A stretch of 64,000 nt of DNA from Paraphysomonas bandaiensis (lineage: Eukaryota; Protista; Chrysophyceae), in the NCBI GenBank assembly GCA_965644295.1, contig CBFFRP010000041.1:124001-188000 (forward strand). Reading direction: 5' to 3'. Below are positions 11,900-25,410 of this stretch, piece after piece. The first letter of the stretch is position 1. Each line of letters starts with the position of its first letter. Made by a program: the position numbers and the translations under genes. The notes beneath the pieces are model-generated. The model saw only the letters and a program-made list of their open reading frames with translations, was not told where the DNA came from and made no database searches.

Positions 11900-13600
11900 C
11901 TACTTTTCAATCACAACAAGCTGGTCTAGAATTGCCTGAACAGTCTCGGAAGTCACAGGAAAGGCATCAGAAATCTCCGCTTTTTCACAATCACTCGAAC
12001 CAGTAACAGGTTTAGGGTATCTATTGTTGTATTCCAGCACATTGAGATCCATATGATTTCTCATAAACCGCTCAGAAGCATTTTGTTTAGGTTCGAAATC
12101 CCAAGGCGTAATCACTCTTCCCATTCTATTTGCCTCCCACACTAAGCGTCTGCAATCTTGACTGAGAATCACCTCCCTTTTAAAGCTGCTCATATCACCC
12201 CAGCGCTCTCTCACTAAGTCCATAAAATGCTGTATCACAGCACTGTAAGCTTCTCCACTACTAAATTCACAAAGATTTGTCAACTCATGGGGGTCTGACG
12301 CAAGGTTGAACAGCTGGGGAGGATCTGCATCGCAATATACGAATTTATAAGGGCCCTTTCTGACCATGACCATGGGAGAAACTGAACCTTCAGCACAGTA
12401 CTCTCCTAGCACCATTCGCTCTTCACCATCTACTCCTCCTTTACCCTCTTCCAAACCACCACCACAGTTATTTGCTGTCGCTGCAGATAGAGCGAGTTCC
12501 AGAATGCTTCGACCGTCAATTTCACATACTAAAACGTCTTCAACAGATCTCGCTTCTCCACTTAATGCCAGATCAATAAGAGTTGGAAGAATATCGTGGG
12601 CAACTACTGGAGAAGACACTTTGCCGTGACCTATCGCTGGGGAAGAAATCACAAGAGGTATGCGCATACCGCCCTCGTAAAAACCCATCTTGTACCACAA
12701 GCCTCGCTCACCCAACATGTCTCCATGATCCGCACAAAGCACAACCACTGTGTTACTAGCCAAATCACAGTCATCCAAGACATCCAACAATTCTCCCAGT
12801 TTATCATCTAAGTAAGAGATATTGGCCAAGTAGGCATGTCTAGCAGACCGAATATGTTCATCGGTTATTGTATACTTGGTGTAATCGAACGCGTCAAAAA
12901 GTCTCTTGGAATGAGCGTCCTGTTTCTCGTAGGGGATAGCAGGCACGGTCGGCATAGGAATTGAAGAGTGGTCATACCGATCCCAATACTTGCGACGGGT
13001 GACATAGGGGTCATGTGGATGTGTAAAACTAACCGTTAAGCAGAAAGGTCTTGGATCCAATCGGCGAGCGTACTGATACAACTTCAACTTGGAAGTGTAC
13101 GCCACCTCATCATCAAACTCATACTGATTCGTAATTTCAGCTACACCTGCTTGAGTTACAGATGTGAGGTTGTGGTACCACCAATCAATCCGTTGCAATG
13201 GGTTCCTCCAATCAGGTGTCCATCCAAAGTCAGCTGGATAGATATCTGTAGTAAGACGTTCCTCAAACCCGTGCAACTGGTCAGGTCCAACAAAGTGCAT
13301 CTTTCCGCTTAAGCATGTCTGATAACCAAGACTCCTGAGGTAATGAGCGAATGTCGGTGTAGTTGCCTTAAACTCTGCGGCATTATCATATATACCGCTC
13401 CGAGATGGCAGCATACCATTCATAAAGCTTCCTCTAGAGGGTGTGCATAAGGGACTAGAACAATAAGCATTCGTAAATTGAACTCCTTTATTAATGAGCT
13501 TCTGTATGTTGGGGGCCTGTATGACGGACAGGAAGGGGTCCTCCAGCACTGTACCGGTCATCTGGTCGACCATCACGATTAGGAAGTTAGGTTTAGTCAT
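11900..13600 (-). CDS. betC: Choline-sulfatase
   Basis: MTKPNFLIVMVDQM start, CTPSR formylglycine motif, GKMHFVGPDQLHGFEERLTTDIYPADFGW, HPHDPY, DHGDMLGERGLWYK, C-terminal WDF.P...RFMRNHMDL. Intronless. Confidence 0.92.
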   Translation of the reverse strand: MTKPNFLIVMVDQMTGTVLEDPFLSVIQAPNIQKLINKGVQFTNAYCSSPLCTPSRGSFMNGMLPSRSGIYDNAAEFKATTPTFAHYLRSLGYQTCLSGKMHFVGPDQLHGFEERLTTDIYPADFGWTPDWRNPLQRIDWWYHNLTSVTQAGVAEITNQYEFDDEVAYTSKLKLYQYARRLDPRPFCLTVSFTHPHDPYVTRRKYWDRYDHSSIPMPTVPAIPYEKQDAHSKRLFDAFDYTKYTITDEHIRSARHAYLANISYLDDKLGELLDVLDDCDLASNTVVVLCADHGDMLGERGLWYKMGFYEGGMRIPLVISSPAIGHGKVSSPVVAHDILPTLIDLALSGEARSVEDVLVCEIDGRSILELALSAATANNCGGGLEEGKGGVDGEERMVLGEYCAEGSVSPMVMVRKGPYKFVYCDADPPQLFNLASDPHELTNLCEFSSGEAYSAVIQHFMDLVRERWGDMSSFKREVILSQDCRRLVWEANRMGRVITPWDFEPKQNASERFMRNHMDLNVLEYNNRYPKPVTGSSDCEKAEISDAFPVTSETVQAILDQLVVIEK

Positions 13601-14165
13601 GGAAGGTGTTTTGGTAAGGTAAAGAATGTGATGTGATGTGGATATGGTTTGGATATGAGGGGGGTGCCATGTGCTATGCTCTGATATGCATGTTGAAACA
13701 TATGGGACATACACTTCATATGATACCAAATCCACAGACATATGGCACCCCGAGTACGCATGTATGTATGTATGTATGTATGTATGTATGTACGTAGAGC
13801 AGTACGTATAAGAGTGTCGTATTTTCTACGTATTCCACTTTTGTTTGTCGCTGAAATTTGATGGTAAAATTTTATGAGAGCAGTGCATAAGTACACCAGC
13901 AGCAGCATACATAGACATGGACATTTGAGGTGAGTTGTCTTCATAGGAACCATCCCACAAGCCGTAGACTACTGTGCTGTATGACATACATGTACGTACA
14001 GAGCATACCTGTGCATTAGTATACGCCACTCTCCACATATATATATATATGTACAGTGCTCTGTTCATTCCTGCTCTCTACATCCCTATAGATACACACC
14101 CCTCTACCTGTATGTAAATATTCACTAGTCCATATCAGGGTTAGATAGAGACCCATAAGGTAAAC

Positions 14166-15449
14166 ATGCACGATGTGGATGCCAAATATCAACGCATCGA
14201 TGAGACAACGCCTCCAGATGATGTCTATGGCGATAGCTTCAGTGTTAAGGTGCTACAACAAGAGAAGAGTGCTGTTATACACAATCTAACGGCATTAACA
14301 ACTGTATTGGAACTAAAAACAGCCATAGCTAAAGAACATAAAATACCAGTTACACAGCAACGGTTGATCTTATCCGGTAAACCACTCACACCAGATGATA
14401 AGACACTAGGGGCCTTTAATATAAAGGATATGACGGTCATTCATCTATTCCCTCGACCCCCTCCTGCAACTGGTACTACTTCTTCAATTTCCTCTACTGC
14501 CACATCAGCACCTACACGATCCACACCCTCTTATACTCCTGCTACTGCTCCCTTCGACATATCCTCCCATCATCCTATTCACTTCGATCCACAAGTCGGA
14601 CAGTCTATAAGAGAAGTGAAGATGTGGTCTTATATTCTTGTTATTGTATCATCTATGACTCTCTTCAGTAATTTATCGTATATGGGAGCCACGGGCAATG
14701 CAGGCAGTGGAACGTTAGACTCAGTAGTGAATCTTGTAGAGACGGTATGGCGTATATGCCTTCACAACATTGTATACTGGTGTTAGCGTGTCGTTATCAT
14801 TCGTGAATCCCCCCACTTACTTTTCTATCTAAATTTTTCCATTGTATAGGTGTGCAGTGTGGGTGGCTTATATGTCGGTCAGCTAGGGTTGAAGTCATCT
14901 CTTACAGTGGATCTCCCAACCATTAGACGTTATGTTTACAGCTTGTGTGTTCTAGCGGCCGTCATGATCTTACTTAGGGTGGTATGGGTAGCAGATGTTG
15001 TATTGTTAGCGGAGAAGGACCTCAAGAACAAAGACGAAGAAGAGGAGGACGGGGATGACGGATATGGTGGTGGCATATCTAAGGATGAAAATGACGGAGA
15101 TGATGCAGAGACTCCGCACATGAGTGACAGGAGCTTCATCATCTACTTTAGTATCCAGGTATACCCCCCTGTCAACCCTCTAAGTTTCCCTTCACAAATT
15201 ATGTTCTTGTGTTGATACATCTAGTAACGTTGTGAAACACACATCCAATTCGATCTTGAAACTGTTAAGTTGTCATGCCACAGGCCATCATTATGGCGAG
15301 TATTATCATTGCGATGTGGACAACTTGTGTAGCCCGAGCGCTGCGATTCAGGAGAGCGGTCGAATTCTACGAAGGTGATAAATGTAATTAATATTGCGAT
15401 GTAATCTAATTAAAGTTTTTACCATCCGTGCAGGGATATCAAATGTGTA
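14166..15449 (+). CDS. Ubiquitin-like domain protein with C-terminal TM helices (about 4 exons; 3' end approximate)
   Basis: UBL fold (TTVLELK...QQRLILSGKPL..DDKTL..FNI....VIHL), Pro/Thr/Ser linker, then hydrophobic helices. GT-AG introns at ~14744-14849 and ~15158-15283. Confidence 0.75.
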
Positions 15450-15990
15450 ACATAAGTCTATATATCACAAATTAAATCAATTTGGCGTATATTTCTTGTC
15501 TCCGCACGTGTTTGCTGTGTTTAATAATGTATTTTTTTAAATCGAAGTTCATGACTTAGTAGTATGTCATTATTGAGTTGTCTTTATAAGAAGAGTCCCT
15601 GGTTTGGTAGCTGTAGTATATTCTCTTCACATCAAGTTCGGTATGAGGATACACAAACAATACGTCTATTTCATGTTGATCTCAGAGAATCATACTAAAA
15701 AACTAAGTACGCAGTGTTACTGGAGGAGTTGGCAATACGCATATGGTAGCAAGCAGGCCTGGAATTCTGTAGAAAATTCTCTAGCCTTGTTCATCTTAAA
15801 TCTTAAAGCCAATTCCTAGTTCAAAAAAGACAGCTCAAACCACGAGCCACTTATACCGGCATAACAACGAGCTAGAATTACTTTTTGGGAAATAGAATAA
15901 TCGTTAACTATATTTAAGGAAAACTATAAGATACAGCAATTTCTCACATTGTTAACACAGATTACGATCAATTGTCGTATATCAACATTG

Positions 15991-18900
15991 TTATTGTACT
16001 TTAAAGAGTTGAAATCCTTCTCCAACCGCTGAAATATAAACACTTGAATGATGCCCTTCTATTGGCTGAGATACATCACTTTGTGAAATAGAGTTAACAT
16101 CTCCTATATTCAGCACGTCGCCATGTAACCACCTAAGTGGGCAATGGTCATCCTTAGCGTCGCATATCATAGTTGTCTCAGACCCATTGCTGTCGACCAT
16201 ACCAGGATCGTATCCCCATAGAGCGAGTCGTTGGTCATACCCCACGGACGCAACACAAATTGGATAACAATCGCGATGCTCAAATAAACTTACTCCTTTG
16301 ATTGCAGACCCTGATGCTCCTTTGATGCAACACGCCCGCAACTGGGCTACATCCACATGACTACTTCCTGTTGATCCTTCTACTATGTCCGCCTACAGTA
16401 GGCCTAAGGTATATACAAAAGAAGAAAAAAAACGCACCTCACTGCTGATACTTATAGCATACGCAGCCATGCCGATGGCTTGGTCATCACCACCACTGGA
16501 GATGTTAAGAATCCACTCACTCGAGAGTACGCTTGATTCCGCAGAACGACTGACAGATTCAAGTTTGCAGGAAACACTGTTTGTTCCCATGGTATGCATT
16601 TGATAAGATGCCACTTCCCTACTGCAAGGTGCAAAACATCTACAGATGGTTAATAAATATGTGCACAGCAGTGCAAAAAATAATACCTGTTGTTAGAGTC
16701 AGTCGAGGTCTTCAAAAGCCATATATATACCCTCCCAGTAGTGTCCCCAATAATTGCAAAGTGTAATTCCCCGAGACCATATTGACATACAACTATATCG
16801 CTGCATAACACTGGATGATCTGATGGCATAAACTCCTCGATTTCGACGGCCCCTTTCTTCAGAGAATGAAGGTTTTCACCAGAACTACATGTCACTTGGG
16901 AGAGCCTTGCACTATTACGCAAAAGCTGGTCGACGTCGACCACTAAAACTCGGACAAGCCCTCTGGAGTCGCCAAGCAGAACTACATGAGATTCAATGCT
17001 ATTCTCTAAAGATGTACCATCTGAGCTGCACAGAGTGACAGTTGATGAAAGGGAACAGCCAGAAACAGCAAGTATACGATGGTCTTGTGCATCTAACGAA
17101 GAAATACGAGGTGCTGTAACTGTTCCCTCTATATCCGTATCAATTGAAGTCGATTTTGAAGCCTTTTTGTTATTGTGTCGTCTTGACGTAACCTCTGGTG
17201 CCGATGAACAAAGAGGCTGTAGCATACATCCAATAGGAAAATCAAATGGTCCTTTTCGATCGCACATGTCATATCTCCATACTGAGTAGGAAAGTCTACC
17301 CCCAGCACCTATTACTATTCCACGTTGGCTTGCCTGAGATCTATCGGGGCTAAAAGCCATTGCGCGCACAGAACTGCTGGATGGCATTTGTACTTCTTGA
17401 AGAAATTTAGGATGGTGTAAATGATGTGACGGTGATGCCGTACTATCACGTGAAAATGAGAATACTTTTACGGTCCCATCTTCACCTCCAACTGCCACAA
17501 GTGGGCAACTCCTGTTAGGTGAAGGCAACATTGCGGAGCAATAGGCTACTCGTCCATGGGAAGGAATACCATAATGCAATGGATAGGTCAACTTCTTCGA
17601 GTCGTGTGGGTCATAACGTATGTAGGTAAAGCTTGTGTTCTTATTCAGCGGAGCCAAAAACACAAAACTTACGCCTGGTAGATGGTCCATTTCTGTGTTA
17701 AACCTGTCTAATTCTGGCCGAATTACACATCGATGAGGTCTCTTCCATCCTCCTGCTTCCACACGCAGAACAGTGTACTTGCGGCGCATATCCCACACAA
17801 CATACTCCGATGCCTGGTACCCAGCGATGTATACTGACATGCGCTCGCCGGAACCAAACACACACATCTCATCAGGAGATGTGATCGGTAGGCAGCTCAG
17901 ACGTGAGACGAGGCGAACCGCAGGTTTTGGATCGCCACTAGTTGTTACGCAATTAATAATAGTGTAAGTATTGATAAATCCATCGTATCCAAGAGAGCAA
18001 AAGCTAATTTCACTAGACGCATTTTCAATAGGGTAAATATATGATACGACTTCAAGAGAATGGGCTTTGATTACACATAACGAAGGGGAAATAGGGTGGG
18101 ACGGATGACTGCTCGGAGATATATCAAAATCAGTGTATAGAGATAAATTTCCTCTACAATCTCCAATAATTAAGTGCCTCCCATCCCCAATCAGCCTGCT
18201 ACATGTTGCTATGTTATCTCTTACCGTACGCAACGACGTAACCTGTCGACTCAATTCACTGGCTGGTGCCTCTCCAGAACCGCTGTGACATAAATCCCAA
18301 ATATTGCATACCCCACCCACAGTACTAGTTACCACACGGCAACTAGATGAATCCGCATGAATAATCCAAACACTGATTCCTTTCGTTTCATGCACCCTGA
18401 CTACAAAACACTGGTGCACTATAACGCTATCTTGCACAGTGTCATACTGAAATGATATCGTTGTCGCAAGTCCATTTGGATGCACACAAACGGTCACTAC
18501 CTTCCCACCCACCCAGGTGGCGTCCATTCCGCTAATCCCTACTCCTTGTCCAACTTTACATACTTGACACCACTCAGCTGTATGATGCAGCTTCACCAAC
18601 CACACTCCACCATCTAATAGTGCCACTACTGCAACCGAGCCATCAGGAGATACACGCACGCCTGCAGCTCCGTTGTCTCTGCGGCTCTTTGGGGGAATGC
18701 GGTGTGCAGACTGACTCGGTGGGAAGTCGCATTTCGACTGCTCCCCCATTGCAGTATTCCATGGAGGGACTGGAGAGCTGTTAGAATATACGCCTGTATC
18801 GCCTTCATGTTGGTGTTGTATGGCATCTGTGGTAGCACTGGCAGATCGACTTAGAACCATATGTACCCCAAGGGGCCAAGATTTCACAGAGCCATCATTG

Positions 18901-19873
18901 CCTGCACTGATCACAACTGTGTTCTCTACCCCAACTCCCTTCTCAACGGCAGAAATGCGCCAAACATGCTTGTTCGCATGACCAGTCAAGGTGGCTATGC
19001 ATCCACGACCCGTGTCTATGCTATCAGAACTGTGTTTCCAACGCCAAAGTTTGAGGGTGGCATCCTCGCTGCTAGTAACGATATACTCCTCATCTTTCCC
19101 CACGAATAAAACATCCCATACACGGCACACATGGCCCCATCCTACGAAAACACATGATCCACTGCCTGCTGATACATTAGGGGAAGATAGGTCCCACACA
19201 CGCACACTGCGGTCATCAGATACGGATGCAATGTAACGTCGGTCACAATTCCACCTAATACGGCATATTACACCGGTATGACCCTCAAGAGTACGTGCTG
19301 TGGTAACTTTCTTCGCAGAACTATAACCTCTATCAAGTTCCAAGTGCCATAAAATAATCTTGCCAAATGCTGTTCCAGAGGCTACGGACACATCACTATG
19401 ACTGACGGCGTGTATAGACATGGAAAATAAAACACACAATGACTCTTGCTGACATGAGAATAGAATATCCCCGGACTTCATATCAATCCCACTGATATAA
19501 TTCTGAGCAAATCCAACTAATATGACACCAGACAGAGAGTCGTGTGTGTCAGTGTGTGTGTGTGTATTGGGGACCTCTCGAGCATCTAATATGAAGTCAC
19601 TCAATGGGTCAAGCACACGATCCACACGAGACTTATGAATATCTCGATCCACTTGTATGATAGCCAGTAGTTTCCATCCATAAACTAGTACTCTTCCACC
19701 TGTAGAGTGAGATATCCCATGAATACAGTGGGATGATAACACATCCAGTAGACATCTATCTCCTCCCCTCACCACCTCCACACACTGAGATACACCGATA
19801 ACGATAGCATCTAGATCATCAAGAACTCCCACGGATACCGCGGGACAGCATAAACCGTATTTCACGCAGTTCA
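15991..19873 (-). CDS. WDR6: WD40-repeat protein, WDR6/Trm734-like (3 exons)
   Basis: LEGHTGVI, SVSDDRSVRVW, GWGHVCRVWD, VEAGGWKRPH, SGGDDQAI, SVGYDQRL and final VGEGFQ. Start inferred at MNCVKY; the upstream MYVC run is microsatellite translation. Confidence 0.85.
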
Positions 19874-19925
19874 TGGCAGAGACAATGCGATACTGTCCTG
19901 TCCAATAACCATCCTTCCCACCTCC

Positions 19926-20780
19926 ATACATACATACATACATACATACATACATACATACATACATACATACATACATACATACATACATACATACATA
20001 CATGCATACATACATACATACATACATACATACATACATACATACATACATACATACATACATACATACATACATACATACATACATACATACATACATA
20101 CATACATACATACATACATACATACATACATACATACATACATACATACATACATACATACATACATACATACATACATACATACATACATACATACATA
20201 CATACATACATACATACATACATACATACATACATACATACATACATACATACATACATACATACATGCATACATACATACATACATACATACATACAGC
20301 AGGACATGCATACCTACATACATACATACATACATACATACATACATACATACATACATACATACATACATACATACATACATACATACATACATACATA
20401 CATACATACATACATACATAAATAAAAACATACATACATACATACATACATACATACATACATACATACATACATACATACATACATACATACATACATA
20501 CATACATACATACATGCATACATACATACATACATACATACATACATACAGCAGGACATGCATACCTACATACATACATACATACATACATACATACATA
20601 CATACATACATACATACATACATACATACATACATACATACATACATACATACATACATACATACATACATACATACATACATACATACATACATACATA
20701 CATACATACATACATACATACATACATACATACATACATACATACATACATACATACATACATACATACATACATACATA
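19926..20780. repeat. (TACA)n/(TATG)n microsatellite, ~855 bp, with a few interruptions
   Basis: Directly visible. A 16-nt insert GCAGGACATGCATACC occurs at 20299 and again at 20551. Confidence 0.98.
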
Positions 20781-21841
20781 CTGTGCATACTGTACATATG
20801 TATATATATTTCCTTGTTTTTGTAGAAAATAGGCTTTTTTTCATTTTGATGTACGGTATATGGAATTTGTACGTAAGTAGGAATAGGAATAGTCTGTATA
20901 GAGGATTTCATGATGCATGTCTAGATGTTGTCCTCAGTGGTGTCCCTCTTGTCTCATATTGCTGGTATAGTATAGCTGTGGGTGCGGCTGATATGATATC
21001 CATATGCACTGCTGTTTTCTATTGACTGTATCTTAGTAATATAGCTGAGATGTTGTATATATAAGATGGTGGGATGATATCTATAGTCATAAGATAGTCT
21101 CCACTGTTGATGATAGTGGTATGCACTGTCACCATATGTTTCTATACAATCATTTGGTGCGCTTATTTCAGTGGTTACGCTGCCATCAGTTGTTACTAGC
21201 AGCCTCAGTATAGAGGGTGACAATCATGCTTACGAATACTCATATTATGTAAAATGAAAGTGTTAAACCACACAAAGAGTAGAGAATTACAAACCAACAA
21301 GAGAACTAGAATTGTAAAATATATTGATTGGTGGACCTGCCAAAAATTTCATCATTATTGCTTTTGTTTCTGTTAAATTAGCTCGCAATATATCGCGAGA
21401 GCTTTTAACTCTAGGGTTAAAGTCTACGTTATATAATATATAAATATATGTCCATGTTCTATATCCAAAATAATATTCTTATGTTTTGTAGATTGTAGAC
21501 AACCCTTCAACGACGTGTTATCCTTTATTGATGGAAGATGAAGATATAAATTGATTATACACTAGTATAAACGCAGAACATGTTGGATTCTTTTTTCTGT
21601 CCGACGCAACACATCGCTATCTACACGCACATACACACTGCGCGTGGAAAACATTAGCGCGACACTAGATAAGTTATATATGGTATAATTGAATTAATAG
21701 CACCATATCTCTGCTACTGTGGATATGAATCAAACATCAAGTGGATTGCTAACATCAAACTCACATTTTCCCCACTGCAATTACACTCATTCTAATAACT
21801 CATGACGAGATAACAGTGACCACATCAATAACACCACACAC

Positions 21842-21937
21842 TTACGCTACGCTTTTCATTTCGACTTCGACAGATTCAGTTGTGTCTTGCATAGGGTTTA
21901 CTTCTGTGGATTCCATTTTGCTGTTAGAAACAGGATC
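21842..21937 (-). pseudogene. Orphaned original 3' end (31 codons + TAA) of the 5x4TM membrane protein gene
   Basis: Removing the element and one TSD copy gives ...NGTTS-DPVSNSKMESTEVNPMQDTTESVEVEMKSVA* in frame. Confidence 0.85.
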
Positions 21938-21942
21938 GCTAG

Positions 21943-22206
21943 AATAAAGAATTGATCTTTATAATAGTAAAACAATGTTGTGATTATTAGAGTGTAAGTA
22001 ATGAACACGATAGAGTGAAAATTATGAATAACAATATAGAACGTACATCATGCACAACGGAATAGTTAGAAGTGTAACTGATAATGACGACGTTATGATG
22101 ACGATCACGTATCTTCGACAGATACTCTCTCTAATTCAGTTCATGGTATATTTCATTGAACATTATAACTCACAGATGCAATCATGTGTTAAGCTGAATC
22201 CTAATA
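21943..22206 (-). repeat. 3' LTR (264 bp)
   Basis: Identical by eye to 27410-27673; directly follows the PPT on the element strand. Confidence 0.97.
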
Positions 22207-22217
22207 CGCCCCCTCAA
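22207..22217 (-). promoter_or_regulatory. Polypurine tract (PPT)
   Basis: TTGAGGGGGCG on the element strand, abutting the 3' LTR. Confidence 0.9.
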
Positions 22218-22405
22218 TGAAATAATTAGTGAACCGTAGATAATAGAGAGAATATGAACTTATGCACACTGAGAGTAAAAACCAGAGTAGCAGTCACTAG
22301 TCAATAATAAGCGAACTGCAGAGATGCCATATTGTGAGACCATCCTTCTAGTCCAGCATCATGTATTGAATAAAAGTAAAAAAAATGGTAAAAACTCCGT
22401 GTAAC

Positions 22406-25400
22406 TCAAACTAGCCACCTAGGTCGCTTGTGGCTTGTTAATTGTGATTTAGGTGTCTCTGAGGTTGTTGATCGCTTCCTGTTGTTGCTGGATGGGATGT
22501 CGAACCCAGCTCCCCCCATCAATGTAGTTCGCAATTGAAGAAAATTAGTTGCTCCTAGTGGTTTCGTGAGAAGATCGGCTAACATTGACGTGGTGGGAAT
22601 ATGGTCAACAGTCAATTGGTTTTCGGCAATATTTTCTCGAATGAAATGATACCGTATCGCAATATGTTTCGTACGACGATGATGAGTAGGATTGTAACAT
22701 AATTGGACTGCCCCTTTATTATCGCACCAAATAGTTGTTGAGAATGGAAGTTTGAAACCAATTTCTGATAATAAAGAGCGTAGCCATAATGCTTCCTGAG
22801 CTGCTGACGATAGAGCCATATACTCAGCTTCAGTAGATGACAATGCCACAGTTGTCTGTAATCGAGATTGCCATGATATAAGACAATTACCTATGAAGAA
22901 TGTAAAAGCTGTAGTGGACCGTCGAGTGAGGTGACACCGTGCCCAATCGCTATCGCAGTATCCTGACAATGTTATGTGGGATCCAGAATATATCAATCCT
23001 TGCTTAGCAGTGCCTTTGAGATACCTAAGAACATGTAACGCAGCATTACAGGTAGTTAGATTAGGCATATCAGAAAATCTGGCAAGAGTATTGACTGCAT
23101 AAGCGATATCCGGTCGAGTGCATACAGCTAGATACATCAGGGAACCTATGAGTTCCTTGTAGGGGAAATTCTGAACATAACTTTGATTTGACTCTGAAAG
23201 ATGATTGTATTCATGTAAATCATAGTTGAAAGACAGTAACATAGGTGTTGACATGGGTTTACTGTCGGACATGTTGAATTTGTCCAGTAGTTTTCTGACA
23301 TACTGCTCCTGACTGAGAGTTGTGATATTTTTGTCAAAATCTTGATGAATGGAGATGCCCAAGTAATAATCTAGGAGTCCGAGATCCGTAATTTCGAACT
23401 TTTTGGATAAATGGTCTTTGAATTGTTGGATATCAGTGTCGGATGTAGATGCTATAATAATATCGTCCACATACATGGCTATTAGCATAATCCTGCCATT
23501 AATCTGCTTTTTGAATATACACGGGTCAGATATTAGTCTGGTGAAACCCATATCTAGCATAAAATTTGTACAGCACTTATACCAGTTAAGACCTGCTTGC
23601 TTTAGACCATAGATGCTTTTCATCAGTTTGAGGACTTTTCCGTCAGGGACGTCCATGCCAGGAGGGGGATGCATGTATATGTCCTCTTCGAGGTCAGCAT
23701 TGATGTACGCAGTTGTGAAATCGATTTGGTGCAATTTGAGTTTCATAATAGTCGAAAGGGCAATAATTGTACGTAGTGATGTAGCCTTCGCGACGGGGCT
23801 GTATGTATCATTGTAATCGATGCCTTGGATTTGAGTAAAACCCTGTGCGACTAGTCGAGCCTTGAATTTGATATCATTCTGTTTTCTTTTTATTTTGAAT
23901 ATGAGTTTCCCCTTTATGGCTCTTGCTCCAGGTGGTAACGCAGTGTATCTCCAGCACCCTTTCCTCTGAAGAGTGGATATTTCTCTATTGATAGCATCGA
24001 TCCACTGCTGTTTATATTTACCTGAAATAGCATCTTGAACACTCTTTGGTGTATCGGTTAGCTCGTCAATGTCATCGCAATTACTGATAGCATGCATAAC
24101 AATATCAATATTGTTTGTATGTAATTTTGATATACATTGTGTGTCATGTGCCATATGATTTACTACATGTTTGGCATTTACATCACATGTATATACACCA
24201 TCACCAAGTTTATGTATATTTACAATTACCCGTTTCCTGGCCATTCTCTTGCTTCGGAGAACACTCTTTTTACCAGCTAAAAATTGCTGTTTTGCTGTAG
24301 CACGGACCTTACTTGGCCCTTCAGGTGTATCCTGATTTTCCCAATCTCCCGATGAATCAGCAGGCTTGTTGCAGCGTTTGGCCACACGCTGACGCACACG
24401 ATCCACTTGACCGTGTGGTGCCGGATTCGGCACTAGATTCCCATTGAATTTTTTCGGAGGGCGAGTCTTCGCTATCTTTGCATCGGAGTGGGTAGGTTCA
24501 CACCGATGGCTGCTGATTCTCTCCTGCGCGGCATCATGATGTCTTAGATTCACGCCACTCCCCCTGGAAGTAGCGTCTGGCGCTGGAGATCCATTAACTG
24601 TATCGGGGTCTCGATCTGATTTGCTGGATTTATGTATTGGATTTTTCGATCGAGAAGTATTACATTTGAGACCAACTGCTTTGAGTTCAATGTAGTCTTC
24701 AGTATACTTTTCGACGTCTGCAGCATGAATGGGGTCTTCGAGCTGGATGAGTCGTGTCTTGTCACCGCTGTCGTCCACTAGACCACGATACGCTGCGATT
24801 AATCCTTTTCTGAGCTTTATTTGAGTCGTTACATATGTTAATCCATCGTCTGGATCTACATGAGCTAGACCTATGAGATATTTGAAACTTTCTACTGTCC
24901 TGGAGGTCTCATTCTCTCTGAAGATCTCATTTATCTCCTTAAAATATCTCTTATCCGCTGGTGGAACGCATTCGTTGAAAAATACATGTCCTGATATAAC
25001 AAAGTCTCTTAATGCGGGAACGAAGACTATATATCCAGGACCATCCTCTCGATAGCCCATAAAATACCCAGGCCAGCTATGTCTGTCCCAATTGTTCTTT
25101 CGGAGACTGGAATCGATATTCACAAAGCATTTACATCCCCATATTCTGGCATAACTCAAGTCTGGTATTTCGTTTTCGATGAATTGGAGTGGGGACATAA
25201 ATCCTTTAGCTGTTTGACACGGTAACCTGTTCTTGATGTGTATTGTCGCCCTTGAGGCTTGTTCCCAGAAATTCGGTGGGAGTCCAGAGTCGATAAGGCT
25301 GCTGAGTGCTCGTTCTTTAGTTGTCCGCCATGATCGCTCTTGGAATGGGTTATCCTCAGGGGTATACGGGGAGTTGAAAGTCCATGTAGCCCCTATTGAT

Positions 25401-25410
25401 TGAAGATACT
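22406..25410 (-). CDS. pol: Copia pol, distal part: integrase C-half, reverse transcriptase, RNase H
   Basis: PYTPEDNPFQERSWRT (IN catalytic E), WGC...GY SH3-like region, FKARLVAQGF, YGLKQA, YVDD, YCDSDWA, STEAEY, CDNKGA, ADLLTK. The frame is open from ~25410, upstream of the tracked Met at 25198. Confidence 0.95.

Noticed and set aside
19926-20780. Telomeric repeat
   Set aside because: Internal, flanked by unique sequence, and lacking a G-run telomere motif.
19819-21025. Several ORFs of MYVC/HTYI repeats
   Set aside because: They are translations of a stop-free tetranucleotide microsatellite, with no evidence of coding.
21639-21670. Second Helitron 3' end (GCGCG...GCGCG ACA CTAG)
   Set aside because: The stem is weak with a long loop, and CTAG is followed by A rather than T.
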